Part shown: positions 25,525 through 35,356 of the stretch, one piece after another
Position numbering within the stretch: the first letter of the stretch is position 1
Layout of the letters: each line of letters begins with the position of its first letter
Program-made: the position numbers and the translations under genes
Notes under the pieces: generated by a model
Told to the model about the DNA's origin: nothing
The model's input: the letters and a program-made list of their open reading frames with translations, nothing else
The model's database searches: none
Virus record (IMG/VR): IMGVR_UViG_3300031885_000014
Location: 1-60,632 of that record
DNA length: 60,632 bases
DNA from: a virus
Lineage: Duplodnaviria > Caudoviricetes
Strand: one strand, 5' to 3'

Positions 25525-26299
25525 CGTCGACGCCGTAGTCTCTGTTCGCCACGTGACTGACCGCCTACCAGCCTGCCTGGAGGCCCTGCGTGCCCATCTA
25601 CCGCCAGACGCGACGATCACCATCGCCGACGCGCCGCCGGGGCCGGTGAAGGAAGATCGCCGCGCCGAGATCGCCCGGATGGCACGCGAGGTAAGTGCCC
25701 GCGTCGTGGTGAACGGGCATGGCCAGTGGGAGTGCCGCAACCGCGCCACCGCCCAGGGCTACGCGCCCGTGGTGGTCTTCCTCGACGGCGACTGCTATCT
25801 CATGCCCGATGCCTGGCCTGCGCTGGCAACCGTGCTCGAGCGCGAACAGGTGGGCGTCGTCGGCGGTCTTGTCCTCTGGGAAGAGGGGCTGGGGCCACGC
25901 GAGTTGCCCCTCGTGCCCTGCGTGAAGGTGGCCGGCTATGCGTTCGGCGCGCGGCGGCTACCCTATGCCCGCTTCGTCGGCTGGCTGCCCGACAACCCGA
26001 AACTATACGCCCGCGACGACCTCCAGGCTATCAGCAGCGTCTTCATGGCGACGCGGCGGCCGCTCTGGCGCTCGCTGCAAGGGTTCAGCCCCGAGTACGG
26101 AAGCCGCCCGCTGTCGGACGTCGACTACTGCCTACGCGCCCGCAACCAGGGCGTGATCATCACCTTTGAGCCCGCGGCTGTGGCGATGGCCGGCGGCGAG
26201 CCGATGTCCGATGACCTCCGGTCGCTCCAGGAGGCGGTCAGCATCTTCCAGGCGCGCCTCGGGCCGCTCGCGCAGTACGATGAATTCTGCCTCTTGTAG
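25427..26299 (+). CDS. glycosyltransferase family 2
   Basis: L..CLEAL, RN, VVFLDGD, VGVVG, DVDYCLRA. Confidence 0.8.
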   Translation: MPSHKRKRHRQPVPRRQSPTPAASQSVVPIRGSVDAVVSVRHVTDRLPACLEALRAHLPPDATITIADAPPGPVKEDRRAEIARMAREVSARVVVNGHGQWECRNRATAQGYAPVVVFLDGDCYLMPDAWPALATVLEREQVGVVGGLVLWEEGLGPRELPLVPCVKVAGYAFGARRLPYARFVGWLPDNPKLYARDDLQAISSVFMATRRPLWRSLQGFSPEYGSRPLSDVDYCLRARNQGVIITFEPAAVAMAGGEPMSDDLRSLQEAVSIFQARLGPLAQYDEFCLL

Positions 26300-26317
26300 G
26301 TTGCCCCACCCGCGTCA

Positions 26318-26332
26318 GTCGACCATTAAGGC
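26318..26332 (+). promoter_or_regulatory. variant late-gene motif GTCGACCATTAAGGC
   Basis: 11-nt core identical to the other copies; intergenic, before the neck/tail block. Confidence 0.6.
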
Positions 26333-26344
26333 GAAGGGGGCGAC

Positions 26345-27226
26345 GTGGCGCGAGCACACTTCCTCGATGTCGTCCAGGATCGCTACGGCAACGCTGTGGC
26401 TGGGGCCAGCGTTGAGGTTCGGCAACCTGGGACGGCGACGCCGATCACCGATCCCCTCTACGCTGCCAGCATTGGCCCCGCTACGCTGTCCAACCCCCTG
26501 ACGACCGACGCCAACGGCGAGTTCGGCTTCTGGCTAGATACACCGCAGATGGTGGACCTCTATGTGAGCGGCATGGGCCTGACGGCGCGAACCCAGGTCG
26601 GGGTGCAGGTGGGCGTGTCCAGCGTCATCTATGGGATGACCACGCCTTATGACTGGTGGTGGGTAGATGCCTTGCCGCCGGTGACCCTCGCGGAAGCCGC
26701 CGACAATGTCGCGTGGGCAATCAGCACCCTGATTCCCACTGTGAATGGCCTCATACCCAGCCCGCTCATGACGTTCATCTTCAAGATGGGAACGACCGAA
26801 GAAGACCCAGGAGAGGGCGACAGGCTGGCGGTTAATGACAACGATGACTTCGGGTCGGTGACCAAGATATTCGTTGCGGCTCATGAGGTCTCGGGGGAAG
26901 ACGTTAGCCTAGTCCTCGACGGCATTTGTGCACACGGTGGTCTCTTCGTCTTGCACGCAGTAACCGGTTCAGGAGCGAATGAACGCTTCCTCATCGGCTG
27001 GATTTTCGGGGGCGTTGATAACGGTGGCTGGTACACCCTAAACTGCCAAGTCTTCACCCATAAGGAATCATCCACTTGGATAGACCGTGAAAGGATCGCT
27101 CTGGTGTGGTCTCCAGGTGACGCCTTCACGTCCGCTGCGCCTGAGCACTGGCTGATGCCACCGAGCACAGTTCAGGCCGCCCTTGACGAAATAGCCGCGC
27201 GGATCTACGCGCTGGAGCATCCGTAG
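26345..27226 (+). CDS. putative virion structural protein
   Basis: GNAVAGASVEV...NPLTTDANGEFGFW N-terminal domain seen in tail/decoration proteins; TVQAALDEI motif. Confidence 0.6.
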   Translation: MARAHFLDVVQDRYGNAVAGASVEVRQPGTATPITDPLYAASIGPATLSNPLTTDANGEFGFWLDTPQMVDLYVSGMGLTARTQVGVQVGVSSVIYGMTTPYDWWWVDALPPVTLAEAADNVAWAISTLIPTVNGLIPSPLMTFIFKMGTTEEDPGEGDRLAVNDNDDFGSVTKIFVAAHEVSGEDVSLVLDGICAHGGLFVLHAVTGSGANERFLIGWIFGGVDNGGWYTLNCQVFTHKESSTWIDRERIALVWSPGDAFTSAAPEHWLMPPSTVQAALDEIAARIYALEHP

Positions 27227-27228
27227 CC

Positions 27229-27972
27229 ATGCCGATAATCGTTAACCTTAACCTTCCGTCCTACCCCACCGATGATGTCCTGCATGGCCTACAGGCGGAG
27301 ATGGCGGCCGTCGGCTTCGCCACCGGCACTGCCGCCCTCGAAGACATGGCGTGGCAGGCGGCCTGGGATCAGGCGGAGACCCTGCTGGGTTCCAACATCC
27401 TGACGGGCACGGTGACTGAGCGCCACATCTGGCCTCGCGGATGGCTCGACTATGACGCCAACTTCCGCTACCTCCAACTCAACAAGACCTATCTGACCTC
27501 AGTCATCACCGCCACGCTGACCCACGACCTGGGCGAGTGCGACTGCGGGACCGACGACGTGAGCGCCTGCGTCCTGGAGTACGATCTGCGCCGGTCGGTG
27601 GTGGAGATCCGCTCCAGCGAGGCCAGCATCAGCGCCGGCTGCGGCTGCGTCATGTGCAACAAGGAGGCGTGGGTCGATATCGTCTACATCGCCGGGGCCT
27701 GGGACACGCCAGCCGATATCCCGGCCACGGTCAAGCTGGCCATCGCCACACTGGCCCAGGATTGGAAGAACCTTGCTCTCTCGGGCGGTGCCACGGTCAG
27801 CGCAGGGTTCATCGACCAGTGGTCCTCGATGGACTACTCGGAAAGGCTGGGCCTACTGGTCAAGACCGACGCTGGATCGTCGCCAGCGGCCAACCTCGCG
27901 GCGATGGTCTTCCGCAAGTACAAGGTCAAGCGGATGGTGGCGCTGCGCGGCCGCCCTAGCGTCACCGGCTAA
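27229..27972 (+). CDS. head-tail adaptor/connector
   Basis: Position; V.Y.AG...P..VKLAI..LA pattern. Confidence 0.6.
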   Translation: MPIIVNLNLPSYPTDDVLHGLQAEMAAVGFATGTAALEDMAWQAAWDQAETLLGSNILTGTVTERHIWPRGWLDYDANFRYLQLNKTYLTSVITATLTHDLGECDCGTDDVSACVLEYDLRRSVVEIRSSEASISAGCGCVMCNKEAWVDIVYIAGAWDTPADIPATVKLAIATLAQDWKNLALSGGATVSAGFIDQWSSMDYSERLGLLVKTDAGSSPAANLAAMVFRKYKVKRMVALRGRPSVTG

Positions 27973-27977
27973 CCGCT

Positions 27978-28346
27978 ATGCAGGGCCTCAACGTCACCGT
28001 GGACATCTTCGAGAGGGCGCAGGCCGCCGATGACACCGTGGGCGGCGGGGTTCGTACCGACGTGCCGCGATATGCGGGCATCCCGGCCCGGATAGCGAAT
28101 GACCGCGTCTCTGCCGACTTCCGGGCACAGGGTGTCGAGCTCCCGCGGACGGTGCGGATCATCCTCTGGCCCGATACGCCGGTGAATGTCAGGGCCGACG
28201 ACATCGTGATCCCAGTATCCGGTGCCTGGGCTGGCCAGCGCCTGCGGGTCACGGGAGTCCAGCGGTCCAGCGTGACGCCGGGCAACGCGCACTCCCACAT
28301 CCAGTTGACGGCGATCCACACCGACTGGGCCGATCGGGAGGCGTAA
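27978..28346 (+). CDS. head-closure protein
   Basis: Position, size, DD.VGG motif. Confidence 0.55.
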   Translation: MQGLNVTVDIFERAQAADDTVGGGVRTDVPRYAGIPARIANDRVSADFRAQGVELPRTVRIILWPDTPVNVRADDIVIPVSGAWAGQRLRVTGVQRSSVTPGNAHSHIQLTAIHTDWADREA

Positions 28347-28748
28347 ATGACAGACATCCGTCGCACCCACAAGTTGCGCCAGAACGCCCATCGACTTGAT
28401 GCTGGCCTGAAGACGGCGTTGAAGCGGGGCGGGCTGGTGATAATACAGCGGGCTCAGGAACTTGCGCCGGAACTGTCGGGCCGCATGACCCGGGCCATCT
28501 CCGTCAGCGAGCCGCGGATGGACGGCGGCAAGTTGACCGTCCGCATCGGGCCATCCGGCGTGGAGTATGCCAAGTACACTGAGTTGCCCCGCTACATCGC
28601 GGGCAAACACCTGGGGGCCAGGTCGGAGGCTAAGGGCGCGACGATGCCCTGGCTGCGTCCGGCGGCCCGCGAGAAGAAGGGCGAGGCCATGGACATCATC
28701 CGCGCCTCTATCCGCTCGACGCTCCAGGCGATAGCGAGGACCGGCTGA
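28347..28748 (+). CDS. HK97 gp10-like neck protein
   Basis: AQELAP..SG.M.R.I...VEYAKY.E...PWLRPA. Confidence 0.75.
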   Translation: MTDIRRTHKLRQNAHRLDAGLKTALKRGGLVIIQRAQELAPELSGRMTRAISVSEPRMDGGKLTVRIGPSGVEYAKYTELPRYIAGKHLGARSEAKGATMPWLRPAAREKKGEAMDIIRASIRSTLQAIARTG

Positions 28749-29164
28749 TGCTCTCGCCCTACGACATCCAGGCCGCCTTGATCGCCCTCTTGAAGGCCAA
28801 CGGCCCCCTAGTGGCGGCGTTACCCATTGCTGACGCCATCAAGGAGGCCGAGTGGCGCGGGACTGCATTCGGCTACCCGGCGATCCGCGTGGACATCACC
28901 GGCGGTTCACCCCAGGGTAACGGCGCCTGCGCCGAGCAATGGATCGGCCTCGCCGGCAACATCATCGTGCTCTCGAAGGCCGATTCGTCGGCCGAGTGCC
29001 TCACCCTCTTGGGGCTCGTGCAGAATGCCCTCCAACGCAAGCGGCTGAGCGCTGCGGGCATGACGAGCCTCGAGGTGAAGATAGACTCCGTCGCATACCC
29101 CTTCCGCGAACTCAACCTCTGGCGCGGTGAAGTCGTTTTCGCCACCACCGCCATACAGACGTAG
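28748..29164 (+). CDS. tail terminator / completion protein
   Basis: IQAALIALLKAN..L...YP.I pattern; precedes tail tube. Confidence 0.6.
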   Translation: MLSPYDIQAALIALLKANGPLVAALPIADAIKEAEWRGTAFGYPAIRVDITGGSPQGNGACAEQWIGLAGNIIVLSKADSSAECLTLLGLVQNALQRKRLSAAGMTSLEVKIDSVAYPFRELNLWRGEVVFATTAIQT

Positions 29165-29185
29165 CCAACCGCTCCCTACCCCGTT

Positions 29186-29200
29186 GTCGACCATTAGGAC
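29186..29200 (+). promoter_or_regulatory. late-gene motif GTCGACCATTAGGAC
   Basis: Exact copy upstream of the tail tube gene. Confidence 0.65.
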
Positions 29201-29242
29201 GAGACAGCGATAGCCCGCCAGCGGCGGGCAGGGAGGTAGCAC

Positions 29243-29881
29243 ATGCCCACACTAGGAACCGGAACCGACATCCCCGTCGGGCCAGGGATAAGCGGCGAAG
29301 ATCTCTACATCGAGGGCGGCCCGACCATCTGGTTCCAGTCTAGCCTCGCTACTGAGGAGAACCACCCGGACAGCGACGGTTACTACTGGGGCCTCAGCGG
29401 TACCGTCGCCTACCCCGTCTATGCGATGGGGTGCTACGACGATCTGACCATCAACGACACGCGGACCACGAACGCGGTCACGTGCGCTGCTCTGGGGGAT
29501 GTGGCCACGATGCAGCGCCGGGACGCCTACGAGCTCTCCTTCACCCTCAAGTCCCTGTTCCCGCTCGAAAGACTGCGCTACCTGATCGGGGGCGGGGCGG
29601 TCGTCCACAACGTGGCAGAGGAGACGTCCAAGATGGGGCTCGGCCCCCTGCCGATCAACCAGTTCTTCCATCTCTTCCTGAGCCGCGTGTACGACGAAGA
29701 CACCGACGACTACCTGGCGGTTACTTTTCACAAGGTGCAGTTCATGGACGCATCGCCACTGGCCTTACCTTACGGAAAAGAGTGGAGCTACCAGATCAAG
29801 GCGACGGCGCTGGCCGACGGGGCCATGCCGAAGGCGCAGCGATTCGCCACGATGCTTCGCTACGATCCAAGCGTTCTCTAG
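29243..29881 (+). CDS. major tail tube protein
   Basis: Position, size, beta-rich sequence, GGAGGT RBS. Confidence 0.65.
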   Translation: MPTLGTGTDIPVGPGISGEDLYIEGGPTIWFQSSLATEENHPDSDGYYWGLSGTVAYPVYAMGCYDDLTINDTRTTNAVTCAALGDVATMQRRDAYELSFTLKSLFPLERLRYLIGGGAVVHNVAEETSKMGLGPLPINQFFHLFLSRVYDEDTDDYLAVTFHKVQFMDASPLALPYGKEWSYQIKATALADGAMPKAQRFATMLRYDPSVL

Positions 29882-29911
29882 GGGGTAGACTAGCGGGTCG
29901 ACCATGAGGTT

Positions 29912-30592
29912 GTGGAAAGCGTCGACTTCCTAGAAGCCCTTGAACTGAAGGACGCGGCTGCCGATATCGAGATCGGTGGTCGCGTTCTGTCTGTGCCCCG
30001 CGCCCGCCTCGGCCTCCACTATCGCCTCGAGCGCATCCTGGGTAGTGGCCAGACCATCGCCGAGATCGCCGGCGACTACGTCGCGGCCGCCAGCGGCCTA
30101 TCCTTGGAGGAGATCGACGACGGGACCCCCGCCGAACTGTTGGCAGCCTTCGGCGTCCTGGTCGAACTCAACCGCTTCAGGGGCACCCTCGCTATCCTGT
30201 GGCCGCGTGCGCCCGGCCCTGACGGCGCCCGGCCCGAGGACTACCCCCACCGACCCCTGGCGTCCATCGTGGCTTCCCTCGCGCGGGCCTATGGGTGGCA
30301 GGTCGACCATATTCTTGGGATGGGTCCAGAGGAGGCGCTCTGCTATGTCCAGGAGGCCTACGTTCTAGAGCACGAGCGGCAGGAGTTCGAGTGGGCGATC
30401 GCCGGCGGCGGCGTAGGGAAGAACGGCAAGAGGACTGCCTTCCCGCCGATTCCCTGGGGCCAGACGCCGGGTACGCAGCCCCGCCGCCAGCCGCGGCCCA
30501 TGCCCGAGTTCTTAAAGCCAGCAGGCGTAGTGATTAGCAGCCCACAGGAGGCACGTGCGCATGGTAGATCAAGAGATGGTGAAACTGGGTGA
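29912..30592 (+). CDS. tail assembly chaperone-like protein
   Basis: Between tube and tape measure; LARAYGW..DHILGM motif; variant motif GTCGACCATGAGG at 29897. Confidence 0.55.
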   Translation: MESVDFLEALELKDAAADIEIGGRVLSVPRARLGLHYRLERILGSGQTIAEIAGDYVAAASGLSLEEIDDGTPAELLAAFGVLVELNRFRGTLAILWPRAPGPDGARPEDYPHRPLASIVASLARAYGWQVDHILGMGPEEALCYVQEAYVLEHERQEFEWAIAGGGVGKNGKRTAFPPIPWGQTPGTQPRRQPRPMPEFLKPAGVVISSPQEARAHGRSRDGETG

Positions 30593-30959
30593 CACCGAGT
30601 ACCCGCTGGGGAAGATCACAGCCCGGCGCGGGCTCACCGCCGCGGCCCTTCTCGCGCCGCACATCTCCGCCTTGAGGCCGGTCTTCGAGTCCGCAGTGGC
30701 CGGCCCGAAGGGGAAGCAGCCGAACGCAGCCCGGGGGATCGGCCTGGCGATGCAGACGATCGATGCCCTGGCGCCGCTGCTGGACGCCGACACCTTCCTG
30801 AAGATAGCGGCCGCCGCGACTGGTATCGGAGAGGACATCCTGGCCGAGGCGCCGCTGGAGGACGTCATAACAGCCACGCTGACAGCCATCAAGAAGCTCA
30901 ACATCATGCAGCTTCTAACGTCCGCGATGGGGGCAATCGGAACCCCCGCCAGCGCGTAG
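30561..30959 (+). CDS. second tail assembly chaperone-like protein
   Basis: AGGAGG RBS; VKLGDTEYPL N-terminus; position. Confidence 0.55.
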   Translation: MVDQEMVKLGDTEYPLGKITARRGLTAAALLAPHISALRPVFESAVAGPKGKQPNAARGIGLAMQTIDALAPLLDADTFLKIAAAATGIGEDILAEAPLEDVITATLTAIKKLNIMQLLTSAMGAIGTPASA

Positions 30960-30985
30960 TGGGCCGGCAGTGGAGCGGAGGGGCG

Positions 30986-31327
30986 CTAGGGGTACATGCG
31001 GGCGCATTCTTCCTTGAGCATAGGACCTACGGCCTGTTTCACGTCACCGAAGGATTCGGGGAGGTCATAACCACCGGCGACGACAATGCTGATGAATACG
31101 TCCCATGCCTCTTGATCTGAAAGATCCCGCAAGGACCGACAGAACTGCTCGGTATCGAAGGAGGGCCAAGCGTACAGTGCGCGGATACCAGCACGAATCC
31201 CGTCATAATCCAAGGGCGGACCCGTGGGTGTTACCGTGGGCGATTCGGCGGTCGGGGATGCAGCCCCACCAGAGCAGGCCACAAGGCCCAGCGAGGCCAG
31301 GGCTAGGATGATCACTAGAACTCGCAT
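30986..31327 (-). CDS. reverse-strand lipoprotein (moron; possible superinfection exclusion)
   Basis: GGGAGG RBS; MRVLVIILALASLGLVA|C signal and lipobox; Ser/Thr/Pro linker. Confidence 0.7.
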   Translation of the reverse strand: MRVLVIILALASLGLVACSGGAASPTAESPTVTPTGPPLDYDGIRAGIRALYAWPSFDTEQFCRSLRDLSDQEAWDVFISIVVAGGYDLPESFGDVKQAVGPMLKEECARMYP

Positions 31328-31470
31328 GATATTCCTCCCGCCCATGTCGCCGATGGTGCAGGCCCGCCAAGTGCGCACGGGCATTCCGTTCGGGTTGGCA
31401 AACAGAACACCCGCCGCCAACCCAGCGAGCCTACAGGGACAGTGTACCACGATTGTCAAGGGAGTGACCG

Positions 31471-34400
31471 GTGGCTGAGGGCATCGAAGACATCTACGTA
31501 AAGCTGTCTGCCGAGACGAGCCAGTTCTTCGGCCAGGTGGACAGCGCCGTAAACGGCGCTACCTCCCGGCTGGGCAAGATCGGTTCCTTCCTCCAAAGTA
31601 GCGCCGCCAAATGGGGAGCCATGATTGCCGGGGCCGCCGCAGGCTTTGCATCCTGGCGCGGCCTAAAGGATGCCATCTCCAGCACCCAGGAATTAGGCCT
31701 CGCCGTCGCCAAACTCAGTCGTGAGACCGGTCTCTCCGCCGAAGAATCCTCCCGGCTCCTCTTCGCATTCAAGCACGTCGGTCTCGGAGCAGACGACGCC
31801 AGCCGGTCCATCGGCATCTTCGCCAAGAAACTCAAGGGTGTCTCCGATGAGGAGACCGGCGTCACGACTGGCGGCAAGTCTACCGCTGAGATCCTTGCAG
31901 ACATCGGGATCAAGGCTACCGACGCTGCAGGTAACCTCAAGCCTATCATGGACATCCTGCTGCCCTTGGCCGACCAGTTCCAGGCGATGCCTGACAGCCT
32001 GGAGAAGACCGGTCTAGCGATGCAACTCTTCGGGCGGTCCGGCAAGGACATGATCCCGCTGCTGAACATGGGCAGTGAAGGATTGAAGGCGCTCTCCGCC
32101 GAAGCCGACAAGTTGGGCGTCACCCTGAGCGGGGCGAACGTAGAAGCTATTAAAGCCTTCACCTTCGCCCAGCGCGACATGAACGAGGCCATCGCGGGGA
32201 TAAAACTCCAACTCGGCCTTGCCGTCATGCCTGTGCTGACGGAACTTATCAACTGGTTCGTTGCTGCCCAGCCCAAGGCCAGGGAGTTCCTGGATCAAGT
32301 CATCGAGAAGTTCCAGGCTGCGGCGGACGCCGCTCGACCATTCGCAGAAGCGGCCAAAAAGGTCGTATCGACCATCGACGCCTTGGACGTAAATCTCGTT
32401 GACCTTGTCATGGTACTCAGCGCAGCGGCGGTGGCCTTTGCCGCCCTCAACCTGGCCGCGGACGCTATAGACCTAGCCAGTTTCATTATGCAGACCATTC
32501 AACTGCAAATGTCCCTGGCGACGACGACCACCGTCATGGCTTCCCTGAAGGCCATGATGCTGACGCTACCCGGTATCCTGATGATCGCCACCGCCGCCTT
32601 CTTCGCCCTGGACTTTGCTCTGAACAAACTCCTCGGGTACGGCTTCATCGACTGGTTCACCGGGGCCGGCGAAGAGGCCAAGCGGGCTTCCGCTTTCGTG
32701 AAGGAGTACGGGGACAACACGGCACGTATGACCGCACTGACGGCGGCGGGCGCAACGGAGGAACAGGCCCATATCATCCGCCTGAAGGAAGTCGCCGATT
32801 CGACTGAGGGATTGATTGGCAAGACGGAGGCCCTGGCCTCGGCGCATAAACTCGGCTATGAAGGGGCCATCCGGTACAAGGACAACCTGGGGCGGCTGGC
32901 GGAGCAGCTCCTGGGCCTGAACCTGACCTACAAGGAATGGCTCGCCGTCCTCGAACAGGTGCCCGAACTGGCGGGGATCAAGGGGGTCACCGATGCGGTA
33001 GACGCGACGAAGCGGGCCTTTATAGACCTGGAGATCAATCAAAAACTTTCCTTCCCGAAGGACCTGATTGACAGAATCTTCGGTGCCGGAAGTGCGCTCG
33101 GTGATGCCGAAGGGGCGGCCAAGAGGCTCGGCGACAGCCTGAAGGGCGTCGGCCAGGCCAGCGACGCGCTGGCCACGGTTGTCCTGGAGAAACTGGGGGG
33201 CAGTCTTGAGCGCCTCGATCTCCAGCGTAGGGCAAACGAACTGGAAGCCCTCAAGACCAAGTTCGGCGAGGCCTTCCAGGATCAGGCTGAACTAGACCAG
33301 GTCAACGGGAAGCTGGACCTCCTAGACCGGCGGGACCAGGCCGTGATCTTGGGAATGAAGATTGTCGGCGAGCGCCTCCGGGAGGCCTTCGGGGCGGGAG
33401 CCCAGGCCAAAATCGAGGCGATCGCCGACACGATCGCGGCCATGCCCGACGAAGTGGCCATCGAAGTTCTACCGCTCCTGGACGCCCTTGCCGCCACACA
33501 GATTGAGACCTTTCTGAATTACTGGCGGGCAGGAATCACAATCCCCGTCGCCTTTGTTATGGCGAAGTATGCCGTGCCCGCAATAGCGCTGAGCCTCGGC
33601 AAGGTGTCCGGCTTTGGGTTTATAAACAAGGCCCTCGAACTGCTCGGCTCCACTGCCGTTGCTCAGGTTCCTAAGTTAACCAACTACTTCGGGTCTGTGG
33701 CGGGGACCGGTGCGGCTGCTGGTGCCGCCGCCGAGAAGATCGCGGAAGTCACCGACATCCTCGAGGATGGCATCATCTCCCTCGCCGAGGCCACCGCCAA
33801 CGGCATCCCCGCCTGGGCGGCTGCTCGCTTCGAGATGGAGGCGGCGGCGGCGGAACTGGCGAACGGCGAGACCGCATGGCGGAACCAGGTTGACCTCCTC
33901 AAGATGTTCTACGGCACCATCGACGCTGGCATCAAGCCAGCCCTGTTCTCTTTCACCGTTCTGCTGGCAGCGGCTCAGGGCAACGTTGAGGCCCTGAACA
34001 CCGACCTGGGTAAGTTCATCTCAGACGGCGTCATCTCCCTGACTGAGGCGCTGGAGGCAAACCTTACCCCAGCCCAGCAGGCCATCATCGAACTGACCTA
34101 TGAGCGAACCCAGGCCGAAGACGCCGCGGCAGAGGCGACGAACCGGGGCACCGTCGAACTCATCAAACTAGCAACGGCCATGCGCGAGAGCGGCGTTACG
34201 GCGGCCACGGTCGCGTTCTGGGCGGCGGCACAGATGGCGAACGAGGGCACGCTGAACCTCGTCGAGACACTGAACCTCGGCCTTGCCCCCGCGCAAGGGG
34301 CTGCCATCCAAGCCTTCTCTGACGAGATCAAGGCGCACGCGGACCTCCAGCAGGCCATCTGGGACACGATGGCCAACATGGACCTCTTTCTCCTTCAGCT

Positions 34401-35355
34401 TCAGGATATCCCCGGCTATGCGATGGACGGCGTGCGCGAACTCTACAACCTGGGCATCCAGCTCGGGAGCGAGGGCCTGGGCCGAAAGGCGCTGGACTTC
34501 GAGTTGGCGATGCGGGAAGTCCGTCGTACCTTTGGCGAAGTGCAAGGGGCGGCTGCCCGACTCGCCTACGGCCTCGAGGTCGACCTTGTGAACTCGATCC
34601 AGAGCGCACTTGGCGCGGCATTGGGTGGCCCGACGGTAGAGACGGCGAACCTCCAGGTACAGATAGACACCCTACAGTATCAGTTGGCGGTCCAAGAGGC
34701 GGCGGGGGCGACCGAGGAGCAGACCCAGGCCATCCGGGACCAGATAACTCAACTTCAGGCCCAAATGGGTGTCTTCACTAGTTATCATCGGCTGTTGCAA
34801 GACCAGGCTACTCTCGCAGACCAGAGTCTCCCGACGGAACGCGAACTCAAGGACATTTATGCGGAGATGGTCGGGTACATCAGGACCTACAGCGGCCAGG
34901 CCAAAGCCCTAGTCCCGCTCGTGGATTTGCAGACTACGGCTACCACCAACGCCAAAGATCAGGCCCAGCGGTTCGCCGATGTCGCCAAGGGCTTCGCCGA
35001 CTATCAGTTCTGGCTCGGGACACGGATCGGCGACGCGGCCGAGATAGAGATCGGGGCGCACATCAACCTGGCGACTGCCGCTGGCAACGCCGCCGCGGTT
35101 CTAAACAGCATCCATGCCCCGGCCAGCGCCCAGTCCGGCCTCTCCTACGTTCCCCGCGCGATGCTGGTCAACGTTCACCCCGAGGAGGCCATCCTGACGG
35201 CCTCCGAAGCGCGACGATGGCGCCGGGGCGGAGGCGGTGCTAGGGACGGCGGGACCAAGTTCAGCAACTTCGGCCGCTACCAGGTGGTCCTACCGAACGT
35301 GCGCGACCACGCCGATTTCCTGCGAGAGCAGGCCCGCGTACTGAGAGGAGCATGA
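31471..35355 (+). CDS. tape measure protein
   Basis: 1294 aa, Ala-rich helical; AMQLFGRSG.DMIPLL motif; C-terminal VH.EEAILT. Confidence 0.92.
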   Translation: MAEGIEDIYVKLSAETSQFFGQVDSAVNGATSRLGKIGSFLQSSAAKWGAMIAGAAAGFASWRGLKDAISSTQELGLAVAKLSRETGLSAEESSRLLFAFKHVGLGADDASRSIGIFAKKLKGVSDEETGVTTGGKSTAEILADIGIKATDAAGNLKPIMDILLPLADQFQAMPDSLEKTGLAMQLFGRSGKDMIPLLNMGSEGLKALSAEADKLGVTLSGANVEAIKAFTFAQRDMNEAIAGIKLQLGLAVMPVLTELINWFVAAQPKAREFLDQVIEKFQAAADAARPFAEAAKKVVSTIDALDVNLVDLVMVLSAAAVAFAALNLAADAIDLASFIMQTIQLQMSLATTTTVMASLKAMMLTLPGILMIATAAFFALDFALNKLLGYGFIDWFTGAGEEAKRASAFVKEYGDNTARMTALTAAGATEEQAHIIRLKEVADSTEGLIGKTEALASAHKLGYEGAIRYKDNLGRLAEQLLGLNLTYKEWLAVLEQVPELAGIKGVTDAVDATKRAFIDLEINQKLSFPKDLIDRIFGAGSALGDAEGAAKRLGDSLKGVGQASDALATVVLEKLGGSLERLDLQRRANELEALKTKFGEAFQDQAELDQVNGKLDLLDRRDQAVILGMKIVGERLREAFGAGAQAKIEAIADTIAAMPDEVAIEVLPLLDALAATQIETFLNYWRAGITIPVAFVMAKYAVPAIALSLGKVSGFGFINKALELLGSTAVAQVPKLTNYFGSVAGTGAAAGAAAEKIAEVTDILEDGIISLAEATANGIPAWAAARFEMEAAAAELANGETAWRNQVDLLKMFYGTIDAGIKPALFSFTVLLAAAQGNVEALNTDLGKFISDGVISLTEALEANLTPAQQAIIELTYERTQAEDAAAEATNRGTVELIKLATAMRESGVTAATVAFWAAAQMANEGTLNLVETLNLGLAPAQGAAIQAFSDEIKAHADLQQAIWDTMANMDLFLLQLQDIPGYAMDGVRELYNLGIQLGSEGLGRKALDFELAMREVRRTFGEVQGAAARLAYGLEVDLVNSIQSALGAALGGPTVETANLQVQIDTLQYQLAVQEAAGATEEQTQAIRDQITQLQAQMGVFTSYHRLLQDQATLADQSLPTERELKDIYAEMVGYIRTYSGQAKALVPLVDLQTTATTNAKDQAQRFADVAKGFADYQFWLGTRIGDAAEIEIGAHINLATAAGNAAAVLNSIHAPASAQSGLSYVPRAMLVNVHPEEAILTASEARRWRRGGGGARDGGTKFSNFGRYQVVLPNVRDHADFLREQARVLRGA

Positions 35356-35356
35356 C

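Noticed and set aside
30302-30311. GTCGACCATA as another late motif
   Set aside because: Inside a coding region and lacks the TAGG/GAGG tail; likely chance
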